Source: a virus. From it: a stretch of DNA of 64,000 nt. This document shows, piece by piece, positions 18,103-28,520 of this stretch. A model generated the notes under the pieces. That model saw only the letters and a list, made by a program, of their open reading frames with translations, made no database searches and was not told the origin of the DNA. The stretch lies in the IMG/VR virus record IMGVR_UViG_3300023202_000336, positions 116,135-180,134 of that record; one strand, given 5' to 3'. A program made the position numbers and the translations under genes. Numbering within the stretch: position 1 is the stretch's first letter; each line of letters opens with the position of its first letter.

Positions 18103-18647
18103 CTTTCGATGAGATTATAGATGAGGAGGGGAATCACCGAGTTCCTGATCCAGAGCTCGTAAAGCTTGCAAACGAGATATTAGATGCTTTCAAAGAGATA
18201 GCCCCAGAGATACCGATCCCCCGTAAAAGTAAGATGCAGTTCTATAAAGCTGCTGCGATATGTAAAGAACACGGAATGGCGCCGATCGACTTCGTACGGT
18301 CGCGAGTGCACGATATGAGAACTTCTGGTATGAAGTGGGCAACAGCGATCGCCTGTGATAGATTCGGTACGGTGGAGTCCGACCACAACATATTGTGTAT
18401 CGAAGATATTAGGCACTATAAATCGCAGGTTGACCTTTTCCGCCGGCTCTCAAGTATCTACGGCTCTCAGCTCACAGTAGAGGATCGGTCGAACGCGTTT
18501 ACTCCGCTTTTCCGTTGTATGCTCGCGTATACCTATGGGAACGAGGAGGTTTTTAAGCAGTACAAAGAGGCTGCGAAGGAAGAGTTGAAGATTGTTTCGG
18601 TGGCGAAAGAGATATTTAAGGAGTTAGCGAAGGTGCTTGATGACTAA
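18075..18647 (+). CDS. Hypothetical protein
   Basis: ORF overlapping both neighbouring helicase genes. Confidence 0.6.
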   Translation: MEYREQDMLTFDEIIDEEGNHRVPDPELVKLANEILDAFKEIAPEIPIPRKSKMQFYKAAAICKEHGMAPIDFVRSRVHDMRTSGMKWATAIACDRFGTVESDHNILCIEDIRHYKSQVDLFRRLSSIYGSQLTVEDRSNAFTPLFRCMLAYTYGNEEVFKQYKEAAKEELKIVSVAKEIFKELAKVLDD

Positions 18648-20073
18648 ATCTTTCACACGACTGCAGTACTGTATTATGCTGTATCATATTATGCAGTCCG
18701 AAACAGTCGCTGACATAGCTCTCGATAGACTCGAGCCTCGGCACATCGTTGAGATGTCGGGAAGGAAGTCTTTTGGACTCGTATTTAAAGTAATTGGAAG
18801 TTATAGAAAGAGATACGATAGTCTTCCAGATCTCGCAGTTATAGTCACGGAAATAAGGAGGTTTGTAAAAGAGCATTTGCATAACGATACTGAGGTAAGA
18901 GATAACATATTAAAAGATGTACGAGCATTTATAGAGATATCGAAGGTAGCTGACGAGCGCAGTGAAGAGATGGCGCGAGATATGATCACCTACATAGTAG
19001 ATGAGTGTATACTTACGCCAGAGCTCCACAATATTCTCGACGAAGCAAAAGAGTCCGAAGTGATAGAAGGCCTTGGTGAGCGCATTACAAACCTCGAGGA
19101 TAGAAAGAGATCGCTAAGTGGCGGACGTTCATTTACCGGTATTTTCGATGACGATGATACCTTCGGGGAGCGTGTACCCACTAATATACCGTGGCTGGAT
19201 TCTCGCTTCGGAGGAGGAAGAGGTCTCGTAAAAGGGTCTACAATTGGAATCATAGCTCCGCAAGGTACAGGTAAAACGTCTCTTGGGATACAGCTCGCAG
19301 TAGGTCAAGCGCTCGCCGGTAGTAGCGCTTTGCTGGTTCTGGCGGAGGAAGGTCTTTCGCGGTCGATGCGGTATAAAATACAGGCGGCAGCGCTCGGATT
19401 CTCGTACACCGAACTAGAAGAGACTAAAGGCGACTTGAACGCAGTACTGAAGAAAAATGATATACCGAAAGAAATTGCTGATAAGAAGATAGAAATGATG
19501 CAGAAGAATTTTAACGTACTTGATTTGGTGGATAAAGAAAATGATCTCGAAGCGATACAAGATGAGTTACAACATCTTATGCGGCAAGACCGGACGCCAG
19601 TTTACACATACGTAGATTGGGCGGGAGTAATCGCAGACAAGATGGTAGGGTCGAAGGTAAAAGGGAGGACCTTTAACACAAAGGAAGAGGCTCTGAAAAC
19701 TATTAGCTATACGCTTTCAAGATATGCTCAGAGAACGGATAGTATCGTAGCAATCAGCCAGCAGATGGCTGGAAGGTTCGCCGCTAGAGGGCCTTTCGCA
19801 ATAAACGACCATTACTGCGCTGCGGATTGTAGAGGCTTTACGGAGCCTATGAAATACGTGTTGGTTATTAACCCTCAAGATAGCCGAACGAGACTTTCCC
19901 TTATGAACGTGGCAAAAGCTCGGGACGATAAAGTCTGTCAGCCGTTTCCTATTCGGCTGAGGGGCGAGATCCCAGTGATAGAAGACGCGAGTAATCAGTT
20001 CTCTATGAAGGGTAAGCGGTTCGTGAGCAAGCGTTCGAGTCTGAGTAAGGATCGGGTGCCGAGCGAGGTGTAA
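18640..20073 (+). CDS. DnaB-like replicative helicase
   Basis: APQGTGKT Walker A, LAEE, YVDW Walker B, ISQQ; adjacent to primase and polymerase. Confidence 0.75.
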   Translation: MTKSFTRLQYCIMLYHIMQSETVADIALDRLEPRHIVEMSGRKSFGLVFKVIGSYRKRYDSLPDLAVIVTEIRRFVKEHLHNDTEVRDNILKDVRAFIEISKVADERSEEMARDMITYIVDECILTPELHNILDEAKESEVIEGLGERITNLEDRKRSLSGGRSFTGIFDDDDTFGERVPTNIPWLDSRFGGGRGLVKGSTIGIIAPQGTGKTSLGIQLAVGQALAGSSALLVLAEEGLSRSMRYKIQAAALGFSYTELEETKGDLNAVLKKNDIPKEIADKKIEMMQKNFNVLDLVDKENDLEAIQDELQHLMRQDRTPVYTYVDWAGVIADKMVGSKVKGRTFNTKEEALKTISYTLSRYAQRTDSIVAISQQMAGRFAARGPFAINDHYCAADCRGFTEPMKYVLVINPQDSRTRLSLMNVAKARDDKVCQPFPIRLRGEIPVIEDASNQFSMKGKRFVSKRSSLSKDRVPSEV

Positions 20074-20074
20074 G

Positions 20075-21130
20075 ATGGTATTAAATCCAAGCCTTTACGC
20101 TGCTCTGAAGCATAAATTCGGAGAAGTGTACGTTACTAACGAGAATGAACGGCGGCTAGAATCGAGAGTACCCGGTGAGAGGTTTCCAGAGGTTATAGAG
20201 AGAGGAGAGCACTACAACGTATGCTGTCCGTACTGTGGAGATACGAGAAATAGACTTTCTATTTCGTACAAATGGCTCGATAAGCACCCGTTCAGCGGAA
20301 AGTTGATGACGCATCTTATAAACTGTTACAACGAGTCTTGCGAAGATATCAGGTCTGAAGACTTTTATCTCGACATTATCGAGAAGATGGAGCTTGCGGA
20401 CCTCGGGATGCTCCCCGAAGCCGATAACATTCCGGCCGGAACGCCGAAAGTGCAGCAATATGCTATACCGATGCCTGAAGGCTGCGTTCCTATAGGGTCG
20501 CTTCCAGAAGAGCATGAGGCGATACAATTCATAAAGCATAAGTACAATTTCAACATAAGATTCATAGACAAATTTTATGAAGTGAAATGGTGTGGATATA
20601 CCGATCCAAAATTTAAATGTTCGAAAAATAGAATCATCTTCCCGATACGTAAAGACGGGGAGCTGGTTGCTTGGCAAGGGAGGACTATAGAGGCCGACAA
20701 TAGTATGCGATGGTTCCTACCTCCCGGCTTTGTAAAATGCTTCTATAACGGCGATATGGTAGATCCTATCGAGACGCCAGTCATAACCGAAGGTATTCCA
20801 GCGTCTATCGCTTGTGGTCCTAAGGGGATATGTATATTTGGTAAAAAGCTGAGCCTTATGAGAAGCAAGGAGTTTTCTGATAAATGGACGTCCGCTATAG
20901 TAGCTACCGACCCTGATACGTTCGTGAAAGACCCTAAAAGCGGTAGAATACCTGCGTACGATACGAAGAGTAATCTTGAAAGATTTATAAACGATGTCAG
21001 GCTGATAAGATGGCCGAGTGAGATACTTACTCGAGCGAAAAGGAAGTTAGACGGGGAAGATATTTTCGTCCCGGATCCGGCAGATATCGGGATGAAAGCT
21101 ATGAAACGACTTATAGAAGAAGCGAGATAG
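20075..21130 (+). CDS. DNA primase (DnaG/TOPRIM type)
   Basis: N-terminal CPYC zinc finger, RIIFP and WQGR motifs, TOPRIM ITEG and TDPD. Confidence 0.8.
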   Translation: MVLNPSLYAALKHKFGEVYVTNENERRLESRVPGERFPEVIERGEHYNVCCPYCGDTRNRLSISYKWLDKHPFSGKLMTHLINCYNESCEDIRSEDFYLDIIEKMELADLGMLPEADNIPAGTPKVQQYAIPMPEGCVPIGSLPEEHEAIQFIKHKYNFNIRFIDKFYEVKWCGYTDPKFKCSKNRIIFPIRKDGELVAWQGRTIEADNSMRWFLPPGFVKCFYNGDMVDPIETPVITEGIPASIACGPKGICIFGKKLSLMRSKEFSDKWTSAIVATDPDTFVKDPKSGRIPAYDTKSNLERFINDVRLIRWPSEILTRAKRKLDGEDIFVPDPADIGMKAMKRLIEEAR

Positions 21131-21132
21131 AT

Positions 21133-24100
21133 ATGCCTACAGTAGTAACTTCTTCGACAGTAAACGAAGACCATTTCGATTTTTTCGAAAGGATAAACGA
21201 GGATGAACCTAGCACGCCATACTCGTTGATCTGGAAAGTATGTAACCAGGGGCTGGTCCTCCCGGAAGAGAAGGTAGGAAATGCCTTTCATCTCCCGGCG
21301 TGTAAACTTGATGGACCGCTCAGTCAGAGCTACGTGCCAGAGAGAAGAGAGAGAGAAGAAGCCGTATACAAGTGTCAGAGGCTTGGATGGGGTCATCGGA
21401 AGTATCTTTTAGTTCTTCCATCCCCAGACGATATAGACTTTATGGACCAGATAGCATTACACCCTAAATCACGTGGTGGCGCATTTCTTAGGAATGAGCT
21501 GGAACTCGCTGGGTTTAATCCTACGGAGGTAATCGTTACTCACGTATGTAGATTTCCGCTTCCGCAAGGTATGAAGCGATATCGCTCTAAACATGTGAAA
21601 GCATGCCTTCCGTATCTCCTAGCCGACATATACCATATAAATCCGGACGTTATGATACTATGTGGAAGCGATTCACTGAAAGCATTATACGGTAAGAACG
21701 CGAAGCTTGATACATATAGAGGTAACGTACTCAACTATAAATTCGGAAAAGAGGAGACGGAGATAAAAGTAATTCCTACGGTCAGTCATCTTGCGTTTCT
21801 TGGAGGCTACGCAAATCTCAGCGTGTTCAGAAGCGAGCTTATAAGAGCTCGGAATATAGGTAAATCGATCGACATAGCAAAAGTTGAGGAAGAGGAGAAA
21901 GATTACAGAGTTTGTGATACCATAGAAAGCGTTAAGGAACTGATCGAAGACATCAGGAAAGATAGCCCTAGGCATATAGCTGTCGATACCGAGTTTGGAA
22001 ATGATTATGCGAGAGAAGAATATACGTACACACTATCGATACAGCTTTGTTGGGCTAAGGGAAAAGCTGCGTTTATAAAATTGAGAGACCAGATAAAAAG
22101 GCCTCCTCACGATTTCGTAAAGTTTCACGGTACGCGAAGGAAAGATGGTACGAGAAGAGCAAAGGTAGAGAAAAGGAATACACCTGATCGTGTAGGCGTT
22201 CCTATGTTTTCGAAAGAAGATGAATCGAAAATATGGGAGATGGTACACGGCCTTCTTTCAGACGAGGGCATTAGGCTCGACGGACAGCATTTGAGAGCTG
22301 ACGTTAACCAGTTTTATATCAACGGGTGGCCTCTCGATGAGAAAGTAACAACTGGGTTCGATACGATGCTAGTTCATCATCTTCTTTACGGCGATGAGCA
22401 TCAGGGCCTGGATCATCTCGTCCGTAAGTACGTACCAGAATACGGTGCGTACTGGCAAGAGCTAGAAGAATGGTTAGGCAATAATAGTAGACAGTCTAGG
22501 CTTAGGTTTGGATATCGAGATATACCCCTCGATATACTGATACCTTATGCTTTGAAGGACGCCGATGCTACGTGGGAGATAGCTGAATTCCTCGAGGAGG
22601 AGCTCAGGAAGAATAATAAACTTTGGAAGCTCTACTGGACTCAAAGCGCTCCTACTTCGCTACATCTTATGGATATCGAGCGTAACGGGATATTGATAGA
22701 CGAAGAACAGCGTCAGTTCATCCGTGACACGTACGAACCGATATATAACGATCTTTTGAGTAGATTCCAGGAAGAGAACAACTGGCCTGGGTTTAATCCT
22801 CGCAGCAGATATGACGTGTCAGCGTTCCTCTACAGCGATACTGAATATTCTGATAAGAAAGATGCTCCTCCGGGGGCAAGGGTATTAAGTCTGAAACCTC
22901 TTTATAACACGGATAAGTATCCTAAGAGCTGGGAAGAGATCGAAGAGCGCGGTGAACAGCGGTTCCATAATCCTTCGATTAAATCTACTACGCTAGAGGT
23001 TCTACAGACGGTCTATCCTGACGTTAAAGAGATCAAAGCTATAAGACAGCTGAGCGTCATAGGTAAGTTTCTTACTGCGTATCTAAAGCCGCAGGTGCCG
23101 AACGAGTTCGGAGTTCCAGCCGGTGGGGATGGATTTCATAATAATATATGGAGTGATGGGCGTGTACGTACGCATCTTTCGCAACTGACTCAGACGGGTA
23201 GATATTCATCTAAAGCTGCGAATCTCCAGACGAAGCCAAAGAAACAGGAAGCTGCTGCGTTCGAGGTACTGGTTGACTACTATTTTGGTGTAAGCGTCGA
23301 GGAGTATAATAGACGGATAGAGCCCGATTACGACGGGCCCGATAAGATATCCGAAGAGGAAAGAGTACCTTATATACCTTTCGCATCATGTTTCATAGCT
23401 CCTGAAGACTACTGTCTTATCGAAGCCGACTTCAAAAATGCAGAGATTTTTATATGGGCATACTGCAGCGGTGATAAGGAACTGATACGGGTTGTTGATA
23501 GCGGAAGAGATCTTCATTCGGAAGTAGCTTGCAGATCGTTTAATCTCGATCCGCTCCCGGAGTTGAATAGGGTGCTTAGGACACTCGAGGAATCAGGTGA
23601 TATTGGTCCCTATAAGGAGTGGAATAAAGACTTTAAAGCGAGATTCGAGTCTCAGAGAGTTGCTGCGAAAACTGTTAATTTCGGTGTGATGTACGGGCGA
23701 CGCGCTCCGGCGCTTGCTCGTGAAATTATACGCCAAGGTGTTGATGTATCTATTAGCGACTGTGAAAGCATCATTAACGGTGTTGCGAATAACTTCAAAG
23801 TAGCTTGGAAATGGCTGAATGACAACGCAGAGTTCGCAGTAGAAAACGAATATATCGAGAATGCTTTTGGAAGAAGACGGTACTTTCAAGGAGTTCGGGA
23901 ACTTTCTGAAAGAGACCAGGCCTCTGTAAAAAGAGAGGCGAAAAATAGCCCGATCCAGGGAACTGTCGCAGACCTCCTTGCCCGCGCTGGAATAAATCTT
24001 TATACATTAATGAATAAAACAGACGTCGGAAATAAATTAGATTTCAAAATATTGCTCCCTATCCATGACGCTTTTCTTTTCGAGGTACGGAAGTCTCAGG

Positions 24101-24219
24101 TCAAAGAAATATCGAAAGCGATAAACCTGTGCATGTCAAAGATGAATCCAGTTCCAAATACGGACTACAGACTAAAGCTTGATATAGAGGTAATGGATCA
24201 TAGGTGGAGTGACCACTAG
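21133..24219 (+). CDS. Family A DNA polymerase with N-terminal UDG-like domain and 3'-5' exonuclease
   Basis: Exo AVDTEF, DTML, YALKDADAT; polymerase TGRYSS, EADF, DLH, KTVNFGVMYG, NSPIQGTVAD, IHDAF; UDG-like CLPYLLADIYHINPDVMILCG. Confidence 0.93.
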   Translation: MPTVVTSSTVNEDHFDFFERINEDEPSTPYSLIWKVCNQGLVLPEEKVGNAFHLPACKLDGPLSQSYVPERREREEAVYKCQRLGWGHRKYLLVLPSPDDIDFMDQIALHPKSRGGAFLRNELELAGFNPTEVIVTHVCRFPLPQGMKRYRSKHVKACLPYLLADIYHINPDVMILCGSDSLKALYGKNAKLDTYRGNVLNYKFGKEETEIKVIPTVSHLAFLGGYANLSVFRSELIRARNIGKSIDIAKVEEEEKDYRVCDTIESVKELIEDIRKDSPRHIAVDTEFGNDYAREEYTYTLSIQLCWAKGKAAFIKLRDQIKRPPHDFVKFHGTRRKDGTRRAKVEKRNTPDRVGVPMFSKEDESKIWEMVHGLLSDEGIRLDGQHLRADVNQFYINGWPLDEKVTTGFDTMLVHHLLYGDEHQGLDHLVRKYVPEYGAYWQELEEWLGNNSRQSRLRFGYRDIPLDILIPYALKDADATWEIAEFLEEELRKNNKLWKLYWTQSAPTSLHLMDIERNGILIDEEQRQFIRDTYEPIYNDLLSRFQEENNWPGFNPRSRYDVSAFLYSDTEYSDKKDAPPGARVLSLKPLYNTDKYPKSWEEIEERGEQRFHNPSIKSTTLEVLQTVYPDVKEIKAIRQLSVIGKFLTAYLKPQVPNEFGVPAGGDGFHNNIWSDGRVRTHLSQLTQTGRYSSKAANLQTKPKKQEAAAFEVLVDYYFGVSVEEYNRRIEPDYDGPDKISEEERVPYIPFASCFIAPEDYCLIEADFKNAEIFIWAYCSGDKELIRVVDSGRDLHSEVACRSFNLDPLPELNRVLRTLEESGDIGPYKEWNKDFKARFESQRVAAKTVNFGVMYGRRAPALAREIIRQGVDVSISDCESIINGVANNFKVAWKWLNDNAEFAVENEYIENAFGRRRYFQGVRELSERDQASVKREAKNSPIQGTVADLLARAGINLYTLMNKTDVGNKLDFKILLPIHDAFLFEVRKSQVKEISKAINLCMSKMNPVPNTDYRLKLDIEVMDHRWSDH

Positions 24220-24329
24220 ATATAGTCCGTTTCGGCCAGTAGCCACAATATATAGTAGACGTTTTCACTATGGAACCCTGCGGAGAACCGGCATACTGCC
24301 GTACCCGCTTACATTAAGGACGAACTAAT

Positions 24330-25415
24330 ATGGGATGGAAGCACAAGAAGGATAGCGACGACCAGCGTCAGCGTCGGGAGGACTGGTTTCAGACCTGTCT
24401 CAACCCCGGTACGCTTCAGGCGGCAAAACCTGCCGGGAAGGAAGGCGAGACTGTCATCCGTTTGATACCAGAGTACAAAGATGGCGAACGCCTTCCGATG
24501 GTGATCGCCGATTCCGAAGAAGGACCTGAGTTCAGCAACGGGTTTAACGAATCGATGTCCATCAACGTCGGTCTTGACGAAAAGTTTACCGGCTTCACCC
24601 TGGCGTCTGACCAGGAAGAGGGCACGAAGGACCTGAATAAGGTGTTTAGTGGCCTTTACATCCGGCTGAAAAATCGTCTGAAGAACAACAAGGTTCCCGA
24701 AGATAAGCTCGAGAAGGTGAAGAGCCTGTTCGAGCGCCCCACCCGTGACGGGCGTGAGCTTCCTCCACCTCTTCCGAATTCGTCAGAATGGACACTGGTG
24801 CAGGGAATCGTTTACGTGTTTAACGGGGAACGTCTTCCGAAGCCGAAGGGTAAGCAGTGCATCTTTCTCAATCCGACGACGTCGTCTTCGGTAGGAGAAC
24901 TGCTCGTTAAGGCCCATGAGGACAACGTCGATTTGTTCGATCCGAAGGAGGGCCGCCTGATCATTTTGAAGCCCGAGAGGTCTCGTATCGGAGGGTTCAT
25001 GCTTCTCTCCGCCGAAATGGGGGAGGCTACCTCGATTCCTGAGGATACGTGCAAGAAGCTGTGGACGCCGTGGAGCAAGGTGATCAAGAGGTATACGTAC
25101 GACGAGCATCTTCAGCAGGCTTTCAAGTGTTTCGGACGTGACATCATTCGCATCGCGTTCCCCGACGAGGTTGCGCAGTATGAAGCGCGTCACGAAGGTA
25201 AGGCGTCGACTCCGGAGGCTTCTCCGGAGAGGGTTTCTGAGAAGCCGGAATCGTCGGGAGGTATGGAGATCGATGTTGACGTCGAAGGAGGGCCGCTGGG
25301 GTCGTCTGACGACTCGCCGACTGAGCCGACTTCTGATGATCTCGACGTTAAGTCTCCTGAAGAGATGAAGAGTGAGTATGAGAAGTTGCTCGATATGGAA
25401 GACCTCGAAGATTAG
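24330..25415 (+). CDS. Probable single-stranded DNA-binding protein (gp32-like)
   Basis: Lies between polymerase and recombinase; VIRLIP motif and highly acidic C-terminal tail; function inferred. Confidence 0.45.
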   Translation: MGWKHKKDSDDQRQRREDWFQTCLNPGTLQAAKPAGKEGETVIRLIPEYKDGERLPMVIADSEEGPEFSNGFNESMSINVGLDEKFTGFTLASDQEEGTKDLNKVFSGLYIRLKNRLKNNKVPEDKLEKVKSLFERPTRDGRELPPPLPNSSEWTLVQGIVYVFNGERLPKPKGKQCIFLNPTTSSSVGELLVKAHEDNVDLFDPKEGRLIILKPERSRIGGFMLLSAEMGEATSIPEDTCKKLWTPWSKVIKRYTYDEHLQQAFKCFGRDIIRIAFPDEVAQYEARHEGKASTPEASPERVSEKPESSGGMEIDVDVEGGPLGSSDDSPTEPTSDDLDVKSPEEMKSEYEKLLDMEDLED

Positions 25416-25449
25416 ACAGTGAATGCGCGGTCACAATCAGGAGTAGGAT

Positions 25450-26691
25450 ATGAGCGAACATAACGAGCTAGTAGATGATCTGATTTCTGTGATGAACAAG
25501 AGCTCGACGAGCTCGAAGGCTTACCTTCAGGGAGATCATGCCCAACATACATGGGGCGTTGAGATACCGTGGCTTCCGTTCCAGTGGTTGATCGGTGGGT
25601 CAAATGTATTACCAGCCCAGCGATACTTTGGAGTAAGCGGAGAGCCGAAAACATTCAAATCGACTATGATTACGGAAATAGGCAATTGGTTCATAGCGAG
25701 TGGCGGCATTCACGTTCTCATCGATAACGAGAACAAGACGTCGCCGACTATGTTAGATGCGATGACGTGGCATAATGAAACGATCGCATCGAGAAACTCG
25801 CGGATATTCAAGGTAACAACATCAGTATCAGAGTGGCAGACTCAGATGACGAAAGTTATCGAGTTCAATAGATCCAAGGGGGAGCAGGAGAAAGGATCGA
25901 GAATCCCGGTATTCGTTTCGGTAGACTCGCTCGCGGCTCGCGGGACCGAGTCTGCCGACCGGGACCTCCGGAAAGAAGGTGCAGCAGCAGAGCGAGGATA
26001 TCCGATCGGGTCGCTCCAGATTACGAACTATTTCGAGACGCTGAACCTTCTCGGTACGACGGCCTCTATAGGCTTCGTTCAGCACTCGAAAAGGGCTATG
26101 GAGCAGAGCGGCGGGTACGGCGGCCCCGATCTTAAAGAGAAAGGGGCGCAGTCCGCCGCTTTTTCGTCGTCTACTCACATCCGTATTGCAAAGGGTAAGT
26201 CACTGCATGCTGCGAAGCATGACTCGGCGGTCGATCCGAGCATTCCGGTCGAGGGTTACACGTTGTATCTGAAGACGATTAGAGCATGTACCGGGCCCGC
26301 CGATAACCGGGTTCTTCCGGTAGATCTCCTGTGGCAGTACATCAAGGATGAAGAAGGTCGTAAGCGCCAGGCGATGTGGTTTGACTGGCATGGCGCGCTC
26401 GGTCGTATGCTGATTTATATGAAGTACTCGGATAAGTGGCGTCCGAAGTTGTTCAAATCGGAGAAGGATGAGCTGAACGATATCATTCACTTCACCGAGC
26501 CGAATACCAATAGAGTTAACTGCAAGCGGCTTGATCTGAAGGAAGTGAGCTACACTGAGTTTGGAAGAGCTATTTACGACAATATGGACGTTTACGACGA
26601 GCTCATGAAGTTTCTCGGGATCTCTGAGTACCCCGATATCCAGGCTGCTGACATCGACTTTTCTGCAGGCGACCTTCCGAGTAAGAGATGA
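25450..26691 (+). CDS. RecA/UvsX-like recombinase
   Basis: GEPKTFKST Walker A, IDNE, VSVDSLA Walker B. Confidence 0.75.
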   Translation: MSEHNELVDDLISVMNKSSTSSKAYLQGDHAQHTWGVEIPWLPFQWLIGGSNVLPAQRYFGVSGEPKTFKSTMITEIGNWFIASGGIHVLIDNENKTSPTMLDAMTWHNETIASRNSRIFKVTTSVSEWQTQMTKVIEFNRSKGEQEKGSRIPVFVSVDSLAARGTESADRDLRKEGAAAERGYPIGSLQITNYFETLNLLGTTASIGFVQHSKRAMEQSGGYGGPDLKEKGAQSAAFSSSTHIRIAKGKSLHAAKHDSAVDPSIPVEGYTLYLKTIRACTGPADNRVLPVDLLWQYIKDEEGRKRQAMWFDWHGALGRMLIYMKYSDKWRPKLFKSEKDELNDIIHFTEPNTNRVNCKRLDLKEVSYTEFGRAIYDNMDVYDELMKFLGISEYPDIQAADIDFSAGDLPSKR

Positions 26692-27188
26692 CAGACGTTA
26701 CAGATTACGCTGATAACCTTAAGGACCTCCTCGATGAGGAGGGGGCCCAGAAGATTGCGAAAAACATCTCGTTCGAGCAGTCTACGCTTGCGTATGTTCT
26801 CAGACAGCTCGGATACCCCGCAAAAAAGGTCAAAGGACTACAAAGAGATTTCGGGGCAGGGTTCACGTTCGACTGGTTTAACCACGAAGGATTCATCTAT
26901 CCGACTGTAGAGTCGGTGCGCATCTTCGATTTCAACTTCAAAGATATTCTTTTCGAATCGGAGAAGCATCCGATTTCCCGTCACGTGAAGTCGATCTTCT
27001 CTCAGGAGGTTTTGGCTGCAGACGAATTCTGTCTCGTCTTTAAGGCCTACGATCTTGGACGCATGGTTGCTACGAATATAGACGTATCTTTATATACGCA
27101 CATCCACGTGCCATTATCAGACTACAGTTATTCAATCACCCCTTTCAAAGGATTTTTTAAATCCAAATTTGGAAGTATTACAGACTAA
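26688..27188 (+). CDS. Hypothetical protein
   Basis: ATGA overlap with the recombinase gene. Confidence 0.6.
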   Translation: MTDVTDYADNLKDLLDEEGAQKIAKNISFEQSTLAYVLRQLGYPAKKVKGLQRDFGAGFTFDWFNHEGFIYPTVESVRIFDFNFKDILFESEKHPISRHVKSIFSQEVLAADEFCLVFKAYDLGRMVATNIDVSLYTHIHVPLSDYSYSITPFKGFFKSKFGSITD

Positions 27189-27316
27189 GGAGGCGTGACC
27201 TAGGTATCGAAAAGGTAGACGGGTTTACAACTGATCGTTGAAATATGGCATTCTATATCTTTCTATGGCATGGGTTCAATGTTGACACAGTGCATAGGTG
27301 ATGTAGGTTTTCAATC

Positions 27317-27460
27317 ATGAAGATGCACCGGACACAGATAAGCCTCCCGCCCGTCCTCTTCGGTTGGCTCAAAGCCGAAGCTGAAAGAAAAGGAATCAGC
27401 ATCGCTGAACTCATTCGCCGCGTCTTGGATCGTGAATATGAAGATCAGCAGAAGCAGTAA
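27317..27460 (+). CDS. Ribbon-helix-helix (CopG-like) protein, 47 aa, not in the ORF track
   Basis: MHRTQISL beta strand plus AERKGISIAELIRRVL helices; overlaps the tnpB start. Confidence 0.75.
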   Translation: MKMHRTQISLPPVLFGWLKAEAERKGISIAELIRRVLDREYEDQQKQ

Positions 27461-28520
27461 GTGCTCCCTCAAGTTTACGACGGCATCAAAACTGTCGAAA
27501 CTGGATGTCGTGCTCACCGAGTACGGTCAGGTGGTCAACCGCTTCATCGACCTGTTCTGGGTTGAGTGCCCAGCCAAGAGCAGGCTACTCAAACCTATCG
27601 TGGATTCGGTTGATAGCTGGTTCACTGCCCGTCTCCGTAAGGTTGCTGCTCGTGAAGCCATCGACATGGTGAAGGCCGCTAAAGAGCGTTGGGGCGAGAA
27701 GGCCGTAAAGCCGACCCACCGTGGACAACGGATGTGCGTCAGTAGCACCATTGCTCGACTGGACGTTGCCAAGGATTCAACCTTCGACTGCTGGCTGCAC
27801 CTATCGTCCATCGGCAATGGCATCATCCTCGACCTGCCGATTAAACGGCACAGGCACTTCAACGATCTGGCTACTGCCGGTCGTAGGCAAGAGTCTTACA
27901 TTATCACCAGGGATTCAGTGCAGTTCTGCTTTGAGATCGAAACTGGGCCGAAACAGGAACCGGATCGCTGTGTCGGTGTTGATACTGGAATCAACGCCTT
28001 AGCCAGTTTGTCCACTGGTGATCAGTTAGGCACTGAAATCAAGGTTGGTATCGAACGAATCAAACGCTGTAAGCACGGAAGCAAAGGTCAGAAGCGAGCC
28101 GTTCGTGCGTTGCGACAGCGGATGGATGAAGTCGCCAAAGAGGTGGTTGGAAAAGCCTCGTTGGTTGCTGTCGAGAACTTGAAGAACATCACGAAGAATA
28201 CCAAACGCCGCTTGGGTAAAAATATGCGGCGCTCTATCGGTCGTTGGAATGTGCGATACTGGTTGACGAGATTGCAGCAAGTCTGTGAACGAAACCGTGT
28301 TTCGTTCCGGTCTGTCTCGCCACGCTACACTTCGCAGCAGTGTTCCAAATGTGGCTTCACCGATAGGAGGAATCGAAACGGTGAGTTGTTCCGTTGCCTC
28401 AGTTGTGGCTATGAGGCAAACGCAGATGTGCAGGCATCACGGAACATCCTCACCCGATTCCTTACCGGACCCTACGGTGCCGGTTGCAAACCTCTCGTGT
28501 CCTGTAATGGGATACTTTGA
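27432..28520 (+). CDS. tnpB: TnpB RNA-guided nuclease, apparently intact
   Basis: RuvC-I GVDTG, RuvC-II VENL, CSKC/CLSC zinc finger, RuvC-III NADVQASRNI. Confidence 0.92.
   Translation: MNMKISRSSKCSLKFTTASKLSKLDVVLTEYGQVVNRFIDLFWVECPAKSRLLKPIVDSVDSWFTARLRKVAAREAIDMVKAAKERWGEKAVKPTHRGQRMCVSSTIARLDVAKDSTFDCWLHLSSIGNGIILDLPIKRHRHFNDLATAGRRQESYIITRDSVQFCFEIETGPKQEPDRCVGVDTGINALASLSTGDQLGTEIKVGIERIKRCKHGSKGQKRAVRALRQRMDEVAKEVVGKASLVAVENLKNITKNTKRRLGKNMRRSIGRWNVRYWLTRLQQVCERNRVSFRSVSPRYTSQQCSKCGFTDRRNRNGELFRCLSCGYEANADVQASRNILTRFLTGPYGAGCKPLVSCNGIL

Noticed and set aside
27432-28520. Cas12/Cas14 effector
   Set aside because: Size, transposon-like ends and absence of an adjacent array fit TnpB
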